From NCBI GenBank assembly GCA_001179505.1, contig CDMY01000973.1, forward strand, positions 168,341 to 232,340: 64,000 nucleotides of DNA, given 5' to 3'. A program made the position numbers and the translations under genes. This document shows positions 30,485 through 43,615 of this stretch, one piece after another. The notes under the pieces are model-generated. The model was not told the origin of the DNA. It did not search any database and saw only the letters and a list, made by a program, of their open reading frames with translations. This stretch comes from Vitrella brassicaformis CCMP3155. Lineage: Eukaryota > Protista > Chromerida. The first letter of the stretch is position 1. Every line of letters starts with the position of its first letter.

Positions 30485-32936
30485 TCAGCCTTGGTGCTTT
30501 CTCGCGCCCCGGCCGCACAACTGAACGAACCAACACACGCATATAGATACCTTCTCTGACTTGTGCTGCGCGACTCTGCGTGTGTGTGTGTGTGTCTGTG
30601 TCCTGACCGGTCCGAAGATCCGTGCCAGCGGGGATCGCGGCTTCTGCGTGTCCGCACCCTCCCTGACCGACGCAAACAAGACCAACACACACACATTCAC
30701 ACGCACACACACAGGGGCCTGTGTAGAGGTCCTCTGCGTACCCTATCCTGCCCTCCTCGCCATAGTCGTTGCGAACTGCAGCGGCGGAAGAGCACAAGCA
30801 CACAGGCGCACACACATGCCGGTGTGACACGTGTGAGGGCCCGTCTGCCTGGTGCTCTCCTTGCTGCTCCTTCTTACAGCTGGTGTCCAGGTCTTTCCTC
30901 GACCGACCGCCCTCGGCTGCCTCGGTCGCACTGCGCTCGCGAAGCGGACTGACACACACAGAGAGAGAGAGAGAGAGACACATACACATCAGATGCGCAG
31001 ATGCGATGCGGCCAATTGTGTGTGATTGGTCTTACGCTGGTCCGGGTGCGAGAGCTCCCGGGAAGTTGCCGAAGTTCTGAGGGGTGCCGTCCTTGCGGGA
31101 ATTCTGCCGAGAGGTGTGGTCTGCACACACAATAATACAATACACACCAGCAACACTCGCAAAAGGGGTCCGAGTGTGTGTCTGAGTGTGTGAGATGGCC
31201 TTCCTTGCCTGTGGGTGAAGGTTTGAGTTTGACAGTAGGATTGTTGGGTGTGGCCGCAGCGGCCTCCCTCTCCCCCCTATCGCCTCCCGCACGCTCGCGG
31301 TCACGACCCACCACACGCTGCTCGCCACCTGTCGGCATCTGCACACACATTCCGTTCACACAGGGGGAAGAGAGTGTGTGTGGCTGTGTCCACACACACG
31401 CACACGCACCCACACACACACACTCACCTGTTTGAGTCGTGATCGACCTTGGCTCTGGCCCATAGAAACCCGGCGATCGGCAGCCGCACCCCCGCCCTGA
31501 CAGACAGACAGACAGACAGGCAGACAGACACCGAGAAATATCGCGCGTGGTGCAGCGTATTTCCTTGTGTGCCTTCCTGGCTGACCTGCATGTGTGTGGC
31601 GCCCCTGCTCCAGTTGTAATTGAGGTTCGACCAATCAAAGATGCCGTCATTCTGCCCACACACCACCCATCCCATCAAGCCACACCACGACACACATGCA
31701 GGTGTGAAGACGCCTTTCATGTGGCTCGTGTGTTATGCGTGCGCACCGCACCTCGAAGCCCTCCCTTGCGAAGAGGTCTTTGAACAGTCGCCGTAGGTAG
31801 GCGTAGTCGGGCCGGTCCTCAAAGCGCAACGCACGACAGTAATTCAGGTATGTGCTGAACTCAGCTGCATCAGCCGACCCATCAGGGACACACACATAAT
31901 GCCCGCTCTCGTGTGTGTGTGTGTGCGTGTGTGTACCAGGGTATCCCTTGCAGAGGACTTCGACCGGTGTTGACATCTTCTTCTCCATGATCTTGTGGTA
32001 CTTCTCCTGCTTGGTGTTGGCCTTGATGCCCTGCCACGGCAACGATCCTGTCCATCCATCCATCCATCGACAACCACATACACACGCACACACACACACA
32101 CACACACAGAGCAAGAAAGAGAGAGAAAGGGCTGCTGTGGTTTGCTGACTGGGGGCTGGTGTTGTGGCGTAGCTGCTGACCTCTGCAGAAGTACATCATG
32201 ACGTAGCCAACCGCCTCCAAATCGTCACGCCGACTCTGCTCTGCACAGCAATCCACCCATCCATCCATCCAATCACCCAATCACGTGCATATGACGGCCG
32301 CCCCGCCACGTACCGATTCCCAGGTGTGCGTTGATGGATGCGTATCTTGCGGTGCCGGTGAGGTTTTTGTTCTCTCGGTAGGGGATGTGCTGGTGCGTCT
32401 TGGGGTCGCGGTACTTCTTAGCCAAACCAAAGTCGATCATGTACACCTGACATGACGCACCGGCACCCACCCGACAGACACTCAAGCCATGCACACCACA
32501 CGTGGATGGCATCATGGATCTGTGCGCCCTACCACGTTGGATTTTTTGCCCGTGCCGATGAGGAAGTTGTCGGGCTTGATGTCGCGATGGATGAAGTTCT
32601 TCGAGTGCAGATACTCCACACGCTGAATCTGCACACACGTGACGGGACAGACAGACACAGACAGACAGACGAGATCCATCCATCCATCCATCCCATCCAT
32701 CCATTCCATGCGTCCGTCCACGAACTCCTGCTGCTGCGGCAGGGGCAGGTGTGTGTGGTGTGCGTATGTACGATTTGGTCGGCGATCATGAGTACGGTTT
32801 TGAGTGTGAACTTTCTGTTGCAGAGGTTGAAGAGGTCCTCGAGGGACGGCCCCAGCAGCTCCATCACCATCACATTGTGCTCACCCTCAACATCGCAGTA
32901 ATACACGCTACAGATGCCAACTGCAACAGACACACA

Positions 32937-32975
<39 letters not shown>

Positions 32976-33484
32976 GGAAAGGAGCGCGTGTGAGGTGTGT
33001 GGGCAGGTGTGTTGGTGGCTGGCTTAATTGTGACGTCGCTCACCTCCCCCCTGCAGGTGCTTGAGTAGCTTCGACTCATAAAGCAGCTGCGGATGTTTCG
33101 ACTTGGCACTCTCCTGAACAGACACAACACACACAGACAGATGTAAGAGAGAGAAAGAGAAATGCCCATTTCATGCGGTCTGGTCTGTCCATGTGTGAGT
33201 TCTCCCTCATCCCTCACTGACCATCTTGATCGCCACCTCTTCCCCCGTGTTCGAGTTGACAGCTGCAGACACACACCGACGCCACACCATCCCAGCACAA
33301 ACACCAAGCAGCCCACGTGAGAGCCAGAGCCCACCCGTCCCTCCCGCCCCCTCCCGTGCGGCCTTTTGTGTGTGGTCTCCTCACCGAGATAAATCTCTCC
33401 GAAAGAGCCGCTCCCAATTTTCCTGCCCAGCCTCCACGTGCCCCCTACCTTCACTTCGCTCGCCGACTGACTCATGCTCGCCAC
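30485..33484 (-). CDS. CK1: Casein kinase 1, multi-exon
   Basis: [81 protein letters not shown]; C-terminal exons to ..[11 protein letters not shown]. Confidence 0.95.
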
Positions 33485-33731
33485 AGCCCATCAACACGCA
33501 CTTAGCACTGGGGTGACGACGCGAATCGACGCCGAAGTTCACGACTTGTCATGAGCGGGCCGCCCCGACGTCCGTCCTCAGCTCCCAACCTCAACAACAC
33601 GAAACCAATGCCGCGAACAAACTTAAAGTTCGCGTTCGCTAAGCTCGCAAGTGGCAAGACGACGAGCTTGACGGCGCGGTCTCTTTCCGCCCTGCACCCA
33701 TCTACCATCATAGTAGCTACTATCCCGAAAG

Positions 33732-34063
33732 ATGGAGGTTGAGAAGCCGAGGAACAAGAGGGTGCTGTCGACGACCAGGGAGGCCGCCAGTCCCGAGCAG
33801 AGGTCCCCAACCCACCTCCACCCTCAAGCCGTCAAGAGGCAAGTCGTCACCACTCTCGATCTCCATGGCAACTACAGGTACGCACGTCAGCACACACACA
33901 GCGACCAACCGTCACACCGTCAGATCTGTTTTCGTGTGTGTGTGTGTGTGTTTCCGTTAGGGTCGGCGCCCTGCAGAGGGGTTTCGTGACGACGCAGGAG
34001 CCCGTCCCCATGGACACTTGCGAGATTGGCCATAGCCACAGTGCGCCGCCCACAGCGAGATAG
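33732..34063 (+). CDS. Putative small (~82 aa) two-exon hypothetical protein divergent from CK1
   Basis: MEVEKPRNKR..LHGNYR; donor gtacgc, (GT)n-TAG acceptor at ~33960, phase-2 join gives VGALQRGF..PPTAR*. No family recognised. Confidence 0.4.
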
Positions 34064-35387
34064 GCTGCTGTGATCATGGGTGGGGCTGATGAGGCACGGC
34101 GGCGGGCGCATTACATTGGGATGTGTACCATTTTTCCTCCGCCCCTCGAGCCAACGGAAGGGCGTCGAGCGAAGCATTGCTGATTTGCTGGTCGATGAGA
34201 AAGAGATTGGGCGAGGGGTGAACTGTTCTCTCTTCTCTTGTATGCGAGTTCGTCTGTGTGCGGGTGAGGTCATTCGCTGTCGTTTGTTCGGGCGGCGTCA
34301 CCTCTCGCTGGTTTGCATGGCTTGCTGTGTGTGCTTTTAGTCCTCATGAAGGATGGTTTGAATGGATGGATGGATGGATGGCTGTCGATGGCTGCATGGA
34401 AGGAGAGCAGCGAGATCGGGGAGCAATGATGTGACGTCGTTCGTGTCTGTTGTGGATGTCACTCACTCACTCGCCGGTCGTGTGATATGTCAAATCACGC
34501 GGCTACCGTTTTCCGTCATTGCCGCGTCGAGTGTGGCTGAGACGAGAGAGAGAGAGAGCAAAGTGAGAGAGAGGGGTCGGAAACTCGTGTGGCAGAGTGG
34601 TTGCGATGACGTGTTCCAAGCATGTCCTCGGCGTAAGAGATGGCGAGTGATGATTCTCAATCGCTGTCCCTTATGTCAGGTGCGGTCTTGGTGCACGTGG
34701 TCATATCCCCCACTGGCATCTGTCCAGACGTATAGGAAAATGACTTGTCAGCTAGGACGAGTGAGGGAAACCCGACGTGTGCATGACGATGCGGCTGCTT
34801 TGCGCCTCCTCTCCACGCGTCGTGTCTGACTTCCGCCTCTCGAGGTACTCGTCGGATCCACGTGGGTAATCAGAGGGGGAGGGAAGACAGCCACTTGAAA
34901 GAGAGAGACGAGGGAGCGACAGCATCTCACTCACATGTGTCAATGCATGGAATTGCCCGTTGCGTTTTTCCGTTTGAGCTACATAGCGCAACAGAGGCAG
35001 CCTGAGGAGAGATCAAGTGTGTGTGGTTTTCGCCGTTTGAATGAATGACTGACAGACAGCCGTTCGCCAGGGGAGGGTGCATGATGCATGGGTTGGGTGC
35101 TGTGTGTCTCAGAATGTGGAGACAGATGAATGGTGGGTGCATGGGGCAGGGCAGGGCAGGGCCTGAGGAGAGGAAGAGGAACAGTGTGGAAGCGCAAGAG
35201 AGACAGTGACGGCATACCATACGATCATCGATCAATGTCAGCAGCAGAGAGAGAAAAACCCCGTGCACGCGTCACGAAAACACACCCACACAACCAAGCC
35301 ACATGAACAGAGGCAGTCAGTTGATCACATCGATATCGATCAGTGCCTTCCACGCACACAAAAGTCACATCGACGTGTTGTCGTCAG

Positions 35388-38300
35388 TCATCGAAACACT
35401 AGGGACACCGAGAAGAGAGCAAGCAGCCACGAGAGCAGCGCCCACAGCGGTCGTCTCCTCCAGCCAAACGACGACAGGTCAGCGGCCTTGCAGATGTGGA
35501 TTATGTGAGCACAGAAATCTCCTTTCACTTTGGCCAGGAAGGGGTGGGCCTTGCTGTCGGCCACGTCAGCCGAGGCAACCATGCTCGCCTGTGCCGTCCT
35601 TGCAAACGACTCCGGGAGGCCTGCACATCACATCCATATGGACAAAGAAATGCAGCTAAGAGTGTGTTGGTGTGTTGTGTCTCTCTGTGTTGTGCGTCTG
35701 TTAGGCTCACAATGCTCGTTGTCGAGCATTTGCCGGACTTCGGGCTTGAGTTTGCTGATGAGTGCAGGTGGGTCGAAGTATTCCGTCAGCTGCTCTGCGT
35801 TCCATGGCATCGGCAGCGACCGGCACAGTGTGTCCCATGGCCCCAGCTGCACACAAACGTGTGTGTGAAGGCATGGATGGCTCGGTGGTGTCCTCACGTC
35901 ACCTCATCTCACCTTTGCTCTTTTCCTCTGCAGAATATGATGGACGGCCTCCGTCCGGGTGAACTTGTAGAGTGTCAGCTGCCAGAAGTCAGCGACAGAA
36001 CCCGACATCAGACTGCGCTGCACGGCCAGACGGACGACACAAGCCCGTGAAGTTCGCTTCTCTCTTTTTCTGTGAGATTCACTGGCACCTCATGGCCTGC
36101 CCGGATGAGGTTCCGCTCCATGTCCAGGTAATCTGCTATCACCACCGACCTAACGACAGACACACATCACAATGATGATCACATCTCACAGACGCGAGAT
36201 ACTGTGTCGTCCTGTCTAATGTTTATCTGCCTGTCTGCCCACCAGGCCTTTCGCATGGATGTCGGCGCGTATCCCTCCGGACACTGGAGTGTCCCTGGTG
36301 GGCTGCCGACATCCGTGTACATGGCAGGGGTGAGGTAGCTCAAGCCCCTGTGGGAGCCTGACGACATGCATGACGGGAGGTGTGCTTGCGTGTCTCTCTT
36401 TCTCTTCCATACAGATGTTGAAGAAGTGTTTTCTGATGGTCTCTGCTGTTGATGAGGGCACATATGGCGGGTCTCCTGCAGGCAGCTCCTTTATCGCGCT
36501 CTTCCAAGACGATGGCAAGCCTGTAGAGACCGACAGAGGATTGGCCGAATGAGACACGAGACCCATATTTCCTCTCACACATAGTGTCGGAGACTTACAG
36601 AATCCAAGATGAAAGTCCGCCACTTGTGCCAGATTTGGAGGAGGGGAGCTGATCATGTGCCGCATCCATGTGGTCCATTCATCGCTCTGGGAGGCTGGGT
36701 CACTCGGTGGCGGCAGGTAGGTCCACAGGGCGTTGCAGATGTGCTGAAAGGGCCCTTTGCCGACGTGAGTCACAAACGCCTTCTTCCTGGCCTGGAGTCA
36801 AGGCAACAGATCATATCCGAAAAGGCGGGTGATGTTCCCCAGGCCAATGAATCAATGACTGGCGGACTAACCATGACATCGATCAGTCTTTCCAGCGACT
36901 CCTCTGCAGAGATGTTTCTGATGGACTCTTGGCAGTTAGAGACTCCAGTGAGGACCCGATGGATGCTGCAGTGGACCTCCTGCTTGGCATTCTTGTGCGC
37001 ATCCTGCACGGCATTGTAGTGCTGCCACCGCCACAGCCGCCACACGTCCCATATCCTAATCGGCTCGAAGCCCTGAGATACGAACACCCAGGGAAATCAG
37101 TCACTCATTCCGATGTTCCCATCTCTCACCTTGAAGCACATGGCTTGGTTGGCCTCGTATTGCTTGGAGTCGTCAGGATAGATGTAAATCGGTTCTGCGA
37201 ATTCCAGATTGTCCGGTGGGGCGAATGCATAGCAGTTGCCGTCACGCGCGCCGCCACCATGACTGCCTGACGACAGAAGAGAAATGGCAGTAGTCGACGA
37301 TCGGTACTGTATCGTTCATTCCTACAGAATTGGTTGATGTGGCTGATCATGTCGATGGCGTGCAGGCTGTCGCGCTGGGGCTTTGAGGACTCGTGAGAAT
37401 GGACATATTCTTCCATGATAATGAGAGAAGGCATACCTGTCACAAGTTGACAAACAAGCAGTGTGGATACATAGACAATACGAAGGGTGGATTTGTCACG
37501 CACATGTGCCTTTGTCCCAATGGTCAGCCAGCTGGTCCCTCTTGAGCTGCAACAAGTGATCCGGAGCGAAATAGTGCCCCCAAATGGGGGCGCCCTTCTC
37601 TTGTCGCTGTCCAGGCAGCCTCGGCAGCCCCGCCCTCTCCACCAAGTCACACACATACCTGCATGTGACCAAGGCGGCATGGCCATATACATCATCTGAA
37701 GGCCGATATGGACAATGTCAGTGCCCTGTCCCGGCGGCCCACCTCTCCAGCTGGGGCGAGATTCGGGGCCTCGGAGCGTTGGGCCTGCTCGCAAGACCGA
37801 GACCAAATCCACCAAGTGCCGGCCCTTCGGGCCATAGGAATTCTTTCAGTGACGGGAGATGCTGCATATCCTCGTGGTAGAGGTGGGCCCAAGCCCTCCA
37901 CAGGTCAGTCAGGCGGACCGGCTGGAAGTTGGGACAGCAGAACCGCTGCAAGCGACGGTACCTGCATTTCAACACGGGGACACAAATGTGGATGGATGCA
38001 TTTGCACCACTTCTGGGCCGCTCTCTTCGCTCACTTGTCACTCTTTTTGTCGGCTGGTATGTGTTGAAAGCGGTCAGGCTGGACGGAAAGGAAATTGTCC
38101 GCATCGGCACCATGGCAGCATTGATAGACCTCTTGCCCAGCAGTAGTCGGTCCGACCACTCCGCCGACTTCCGCCTTCTGCTGACAAAGCAGCTCCTCTT
38201 GAGGCGAATGCTGCTCTCGCAACCTGCACTCATACATTGGGGGAAAGAGCATTGTGTCTCGCGAGGACACAACACCAGTGCAGAGCCACCTCACCTTTCT

Positions 38301-38870
38301 GAAAGGTACTCCCATGCGTCGGCGGTTGTCGTGGCCTCTTCTGGGTGATGCTGGCTTGTCCCGCTTATCATTCTGAGCCTCTGCACGATGGCGTGGGAGG
38401 CGGCGGTCTTGCGCCGGTATGCCTTCAGGCACACTTCTCCCCATTTGGAGCACTCTGCAATGATGCAGGCAGAGACAGACACAAATGGACACATTGCAGG
38501 TCTCTCAGCCACCCATGAGTCCATCTGCCTTGTCATACTCTTGGTGAAAGTGACGATGTATTCAAAGGAGCCCTCTGGCGTGGCCACTGCAAATAGAACA
38601 GGAGAAGCCGTGCAGAGGGCTTCTCTCATCATCTTCCTTACCTGCGTCGCTCTCGTCGCTGGTCAGGTCACTCTCGTCGCCTGGTCCATTTGCAGAGAGA
38701 TGAGCCGAATGCACGACCGTCTTGACAGGCGAAACACTGAAGAGCGCGAATGCGGCAGGGAGAAGTCGGTGTGGGATTGATTCCTCCCGCATTGTGTTAA
38801 CGAAGAGGCAGCGGCAGAGTGGTGGGTCCACAAATATCAACAGGACGACGAGGGCGTCGGTGAGGAACAT
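35388..38870 (-). CDS. Multi-exon hypothetical protein with three copies of an unnamed CxH...CxxG/NFxPxxxxxxW domain and a C-terminal hydrophobic anchor
   Basis: More than a dozen exons join in consistent phase on the minus strand; ends WRRRPLWALLSWLLALFSVSLVFR*. Start codon and last exon are less certain. Confidence 0.65.
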
Positions 38871-38951
38871 CGCGGCCCGGGAGAGGGGGCTGCATGCGGT
38901 TTGGAATCCTGGCCCCCAGTCCCTCGGCGACAGTTGGCCGACACAAAAAAT

Positions 38952-41307
38952 ATGGGGTGCATTCCCTCGCAGCCCAGGCCTCCCCCTCCAGTCACGCTCA
39001 CTCTCTCCCACGCCGGGCAGACATACAGCCGAACGCTGGAGTTCCCGCCATCGGAAATGTCGCCCTCTGCCAAAGGAGAGGAGCGCCAAAGCCGCATTCG
39101 CAAGCTCTTCTATGACGCGTGCTGTGAGCTGGTGACTCAGGCTGGGCAGCGCCTGGAGACCGTCTCATTTGTGTCCATCCACGAGAATGGGACCACCGTC
39201 GTGTTTGATCCGTTGGAGGCCTTTGAGCTTGTCGGAGGTGAACACAATGATCAGCATGATCAACGTCCGTGTCATCCTTGTTGTTGTCGTACGGGCATGC
39301 AAACAGGGTTTTACTCCGTGTTGCTGCACGAGAAGACGCAAGGTAAGGACGCAGCAGATGGGCGACACACAATGACATGTGTGCTTGCACGCAGAGGAGG
39401 AGACATCGGATTGGAAGGAGATTGAGCGGGCCTCCATCAGGCGGTCAGTCGTTGTGTGCCCCAACGCAAGCCCGCTCGAGGGCAAGGTGCCGATATGGAA
39501 GGTCTTCGTCTACTCCATGCCTGACCTGTCCAAAATATCAATCCAGCTCCTCATCAACATACACCTCCTCACCTACTACGAAGAGATAGGTACGCTGGCG
39601 AGATATGAACAGAGACAAAACACATTCACTCGTTTGTCGTCTTCCTTCAGGCACGTCGCTGGCCTTGATGGCCTTCTTTCAGGCCATTGGAAGGTCGCTC
39701 GACGTCTTGTCTGACCCATGTATGGCCAACATCACTGATGGGGCCGCCACACCCTTCGGCAGACGGCGGCCGTTCATGTTTGTGGGCACATTTCTGTACG
39801 CCGGTTTCCTGTTCATGCTATGTGCCCCTCCGCCATGGCTGAAACAGGGAGATTCCGTCGGGTGAGAGAGACACACAGAGAGACACCAAGAGAAGGTGCA
39901 TGGTTTGATCTGGCTGGTTGGTTGGTCAGGTATTGGTTCGGCATGGCGTATATCTTCTACTTTCTGGCAGACACCCTGTGTCATGTGCCGCACAATGCAC
40001 TGGGGATGGAGCTGACGACCGACCCCAGAGAGAGACGAAACATATTCTGCTTCGTCAAGCTATTCGAAGGCGTCGGCTCCCTGCTCGCAGCCACTCTGCC
40101 GGTCGTCATCCAGTCGATGTGGAAAGCGCCATGCGACTTCTCACAGTGCATTCTGGACCACAAGACGGGCCTCTGCGCGTCGCCGCACGCCCAGCTGATG
40201 AAATGTGAGACTTCCCATCACAGTAGGGCGGCAGGGCTAGCACTGACCATCGTCGGTGGTTTCTTCGCTGGCTTTCATGTGGTGTCGACGCTGCTGGTGG
40301 TGTGGTGCATCCGCGAGCACCCCAGAGAGAGCAGGGGCGAGAGCAGCTGGCTGAAGGTTGTGCCCAACCTGCTCAACACCATGGGCAACCAACCTTTCCG
40401 AGTGCTGCTCTCAGCATGGATCTTCGACGTACTCGTCGCCCAGATGCAGGCTGTTATGATCCCCTTCTACTTTCAGTACGTTGCATGTTTGTTTGACTTC
40501 TCATTTGCAATCTGTTTACGTCTCTCAATCCGACGGTGAGTGAGGTACGTCATAGCGCCTGAGCAGAGCTGCTACGAGAACGCCAAGAGCCGCGACATCA
40601 TGAGCTGGCAGTGCCAGACGTCATCCTGGGTCGGCATCACGGGCGTCTCGTTTCTCGGGGCCGCCATCTGTGCGATGCCCGTGTGGTTCATGCTCGCGCG
40701 CCGTTTCGGAGATTACCCCATGTGGCTGGTCTTCAACCTGACCAACGCGCTGACGACGTCGCTCTTCCTGGTGACTGGGAAGGGCCAGATGTGGTTGACT
40801 ATCGCGTGCTGCGTCATCAACGGGCTGCCGCTTGGCGCCAAGTTCCTCACGTAGGCCGTGACACCCACTCAGTGGTGTGTGGGTGTGGAAGAGACATGCT
40901 TGTCTTGTGTCTTGTGTCTTGTGTCTTGTGTGTGCAGGGAGACCATGCTGGGCCTCTGCATCGACTATGACGAGGCATGCATCATGTCGCAGACGCCCAG
41001 CACTGCACATATGTCTCCGTCTTCGCAGGTTCGTTCAGGCGAGAGGACGGAGGCCAACTTCACCATGTTCGCGTCCTTCGCGCCCAAGCTGGTGTCAATA
41101 CCAGCAGCCGCACTCCCACTCGCCATTCTGGTGGACAGATACATACGAGATGAGGCACGCGCACATGTGACGGCGAGTGTGTCTCTGTGTGCTCAGGCGT
41201 CATCAGGGTTCGTCCCGTCCGTTGACGGCGCGCCGCAGCCGCAGCCATGGCACGTCATCCAAATCATCAGAATGTTCTTCGCATACCTGCCCCTCGGTAC
41301 ACACACA

Positions 41308-41338
<31 letters not shown>

Positions 41339-42358
41339 GTGGGAGAGAGACGGCGCAAAATGTTTTAAGTGCCCTTCTGTCTCTGTCTGTGTCTGCAGGC
41401 CTGTCCGTTGTGTCGTTCGTGGTCAAGTTTACCTTCTTCCCCTTCACCGACGTGCCCATGGCGGACAGCGCCATCAAGACGGCCCTGCAGCAGATAGCCA
41501 GGGTCCAGTGCTTCATGGACCCGGCCCACCACACTTGCAAACTCCCATTCGTCCCCAGAAATGAAGACGAGGCGCGAATCAAGATATTGATGGACCATTT
41601 CTCGGGCTACCGCGCCATCGAGCTGGCCGTGACGGAGAAGAAGCTGGGCGTGCACCCTGTGGGCCGAGGATTCCTCCGGACGTCGATGGGTTGGGCTGTG
41701 GCGACGCTGGTGCTGGCGGTGTCTCTGTATACGGGGTCCATCTACACACTGCCACTCCCCTCTAGCAAGGAGAGAAGCGTAAGCTCCTTGCTGTCTGTGA
41801 TGTGTTGGTGTGAGGATCGATTTCGGGATGTGATGTGATGCGCTGTCTTGTCTTGTCTTGGGTGTGGTGTGCAGTGGCTGCCGTCTCTGCTGGTGATATT
41901 TGCCGGTGTCTTCCTGATGATGTTCGCCTTCTACCTCCTCAGCATCGTCGCCGCCATGCAGCTACAGAGGAGACACACAGACGTACGTACCTCGCTGATA
42001 CTTCCCCCCTGCCAACATACACACGCCTCACCTCACCTGGACAAACAACATACTCTGTCTGTGTGTCTGTCCACAGGTGAGTGAGTCTTTCCTTCTCCGT
42101 CTATGGAAATATCGCCGCGGCTCCATCGAGGCCACAGAGAAGGAACGCCAGCTGATGGACGAGGTGGCCAAGACGTGGGACGCCATCAAACGAAGGCACT
42201 CCGATGACCTCGCCCTGAGTCGGAAGAGCGTGCTGATGATCCCGCGAGAGACCAGGCGGCGAAGTGCGTATCGGTGGAGTGCTGACGGGGCGCAGCAACA
42301 GACAGAGCAGAGGCGACAGACAGAGCAGCCGAGAGAGATGGGCGAGGGAATGCTCTAG
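38952..42358 (+). CDS. MFS_2/GPH-family (MFSD2-like) transporter with MGC N-terminus and extra C-terminal TM region
   Basis: RSLDVLSDPCMANITD..FGRRRPF, VPHNALGMELTTDPRER, CIDYDE..SGERTEANF are GPH-family signatures; starts MGCIPS. Confidence 0.85.
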
Positions 42359-42756
42359 CTATGTGACGCGAGGAAGCGACATGCTCCGTGTGTGGGGGTC
42401 AATGGACGCGCGATTGGTTAAAACAGGAAAGCGTTCACTCATCACATCAGAGTCTGTGGGATGTGTCCGTAGCAGTAGCTACATCGACACAAACCTCTCT
42501 CTCTCTCTCACTCACTCTCTCTCTCTCTCTCTCTCTCCGTCGCATGGAAACACCCATCAACAGCCGCTCTCTCACATCTCTCTCTGCAGGGCACCCTATC
42601 CACAGGTAAAAATGGAGTTTTCTCTCTCCGCCCGGACACTCTCGGATCTCACACACATGACAAATGGCCACACGCACCCCTCGTCCGTGAAGCAGCAGCA
42701 CCCAGCCAGAACATTGCTCTTTGTCGACGACATCTCCGTCGGCCACGCCTTGTCAG

Positions 42757-43615
42757 TCATATCTGCAGCTGGTTCTCCACCATGTCTGCCAGTCGGTCCC
42801 TGAAGTCCTCGTGCACATACTCCACCTGCGCCGCTGAGAAGTAGTTGACCGGGAATACGGAAGAATCAATCATGCCCTGCACGCCGCACCGCAGCCACAG
42901 AGAAGAAGGACGTGAGAGGTGGGTGTGTTGGGTGTTGGGTGTTGGGTGTTGGGAGTTGTGTGGCGAGTGAGCCGCCTCACCTCAGTGTTGTCCATGCTCA
43001 TTTTCCGGTCCAGCATGAACTTGAAGATGTACTTGACCAGGGTCTCGGGGTCAACCTCACGATTGGCCTGGCCACACACACACACACACACACGGATTGC
43101 GCCATTTCCCTTCCACCAACATAGACGCACGCAGGCAGGCGAACCTTTGTCACGACGTCATTGTACAAGAAGAAGCCGACAGTGACGGTGTGCTTGGTGG
43201 TCTTGCCCCCGCCATAGTCGATGACCACGTCGCTCATCCAGCCGCCGTTCCACTCGTCAACGTACTCCACCTTTATCACAGGACCGCTCAGCAGCAGGCT
43301 CGCTTCCTCTTGCCTGACCGCCGCAGCTGCTGCTTCCTCTCCCCCCTGATGCTGCTGCTCATCCTTCTTCTCAGCAGCCGTCGTCTCGACATCAGACGGA
43401 GGCGTGGCCATCTTCCTCCGCTGCCGCCTCGACACGTACTTGGTGGGCTGGGGTGGAGGCGCCTCAGCTGTGGTCTGATGCAGCCTCGAGAGGGGAGACC
43501 TTGATCTGAGAGATGTGCTGACAGCACGGAGGGAGGGTCGGGTGGATGGGGACGGGAGCAGGAAGCATGACGCTAGTGAAGCGAGGAGGGAGACTGAGAG
43601 GGCGTGGAGCAACAT
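42757..43615 (-). CDS. Putative plastid-targeted small protein (signal plus transit peptide), 3 exons
   Basis: MLLHALSVSLLASLASC-FLLPSPSTRPSLRAVSTSLRSRSPLSRLH (hydrophobic signal, Phe after the cleavage site, S/T/R-rich transit peptide); mature domain TTKHTVTV..DPETLVKYIFKFMLDR.. Confidence 0.75.

Noticed and set aside
33551-33742. 63-aa ORF MSGPPRRPSS..
   Set aside because: No recognisable motif; more likely 5' UTR or promoter of the downstream small gene.
35496-36050. Plus-strand ORFs 35496-36050 and 37929-38348
   Set aside because: The minus strand gives a phase-consistent multi-exon gene with internal repeats, so these are shadows.
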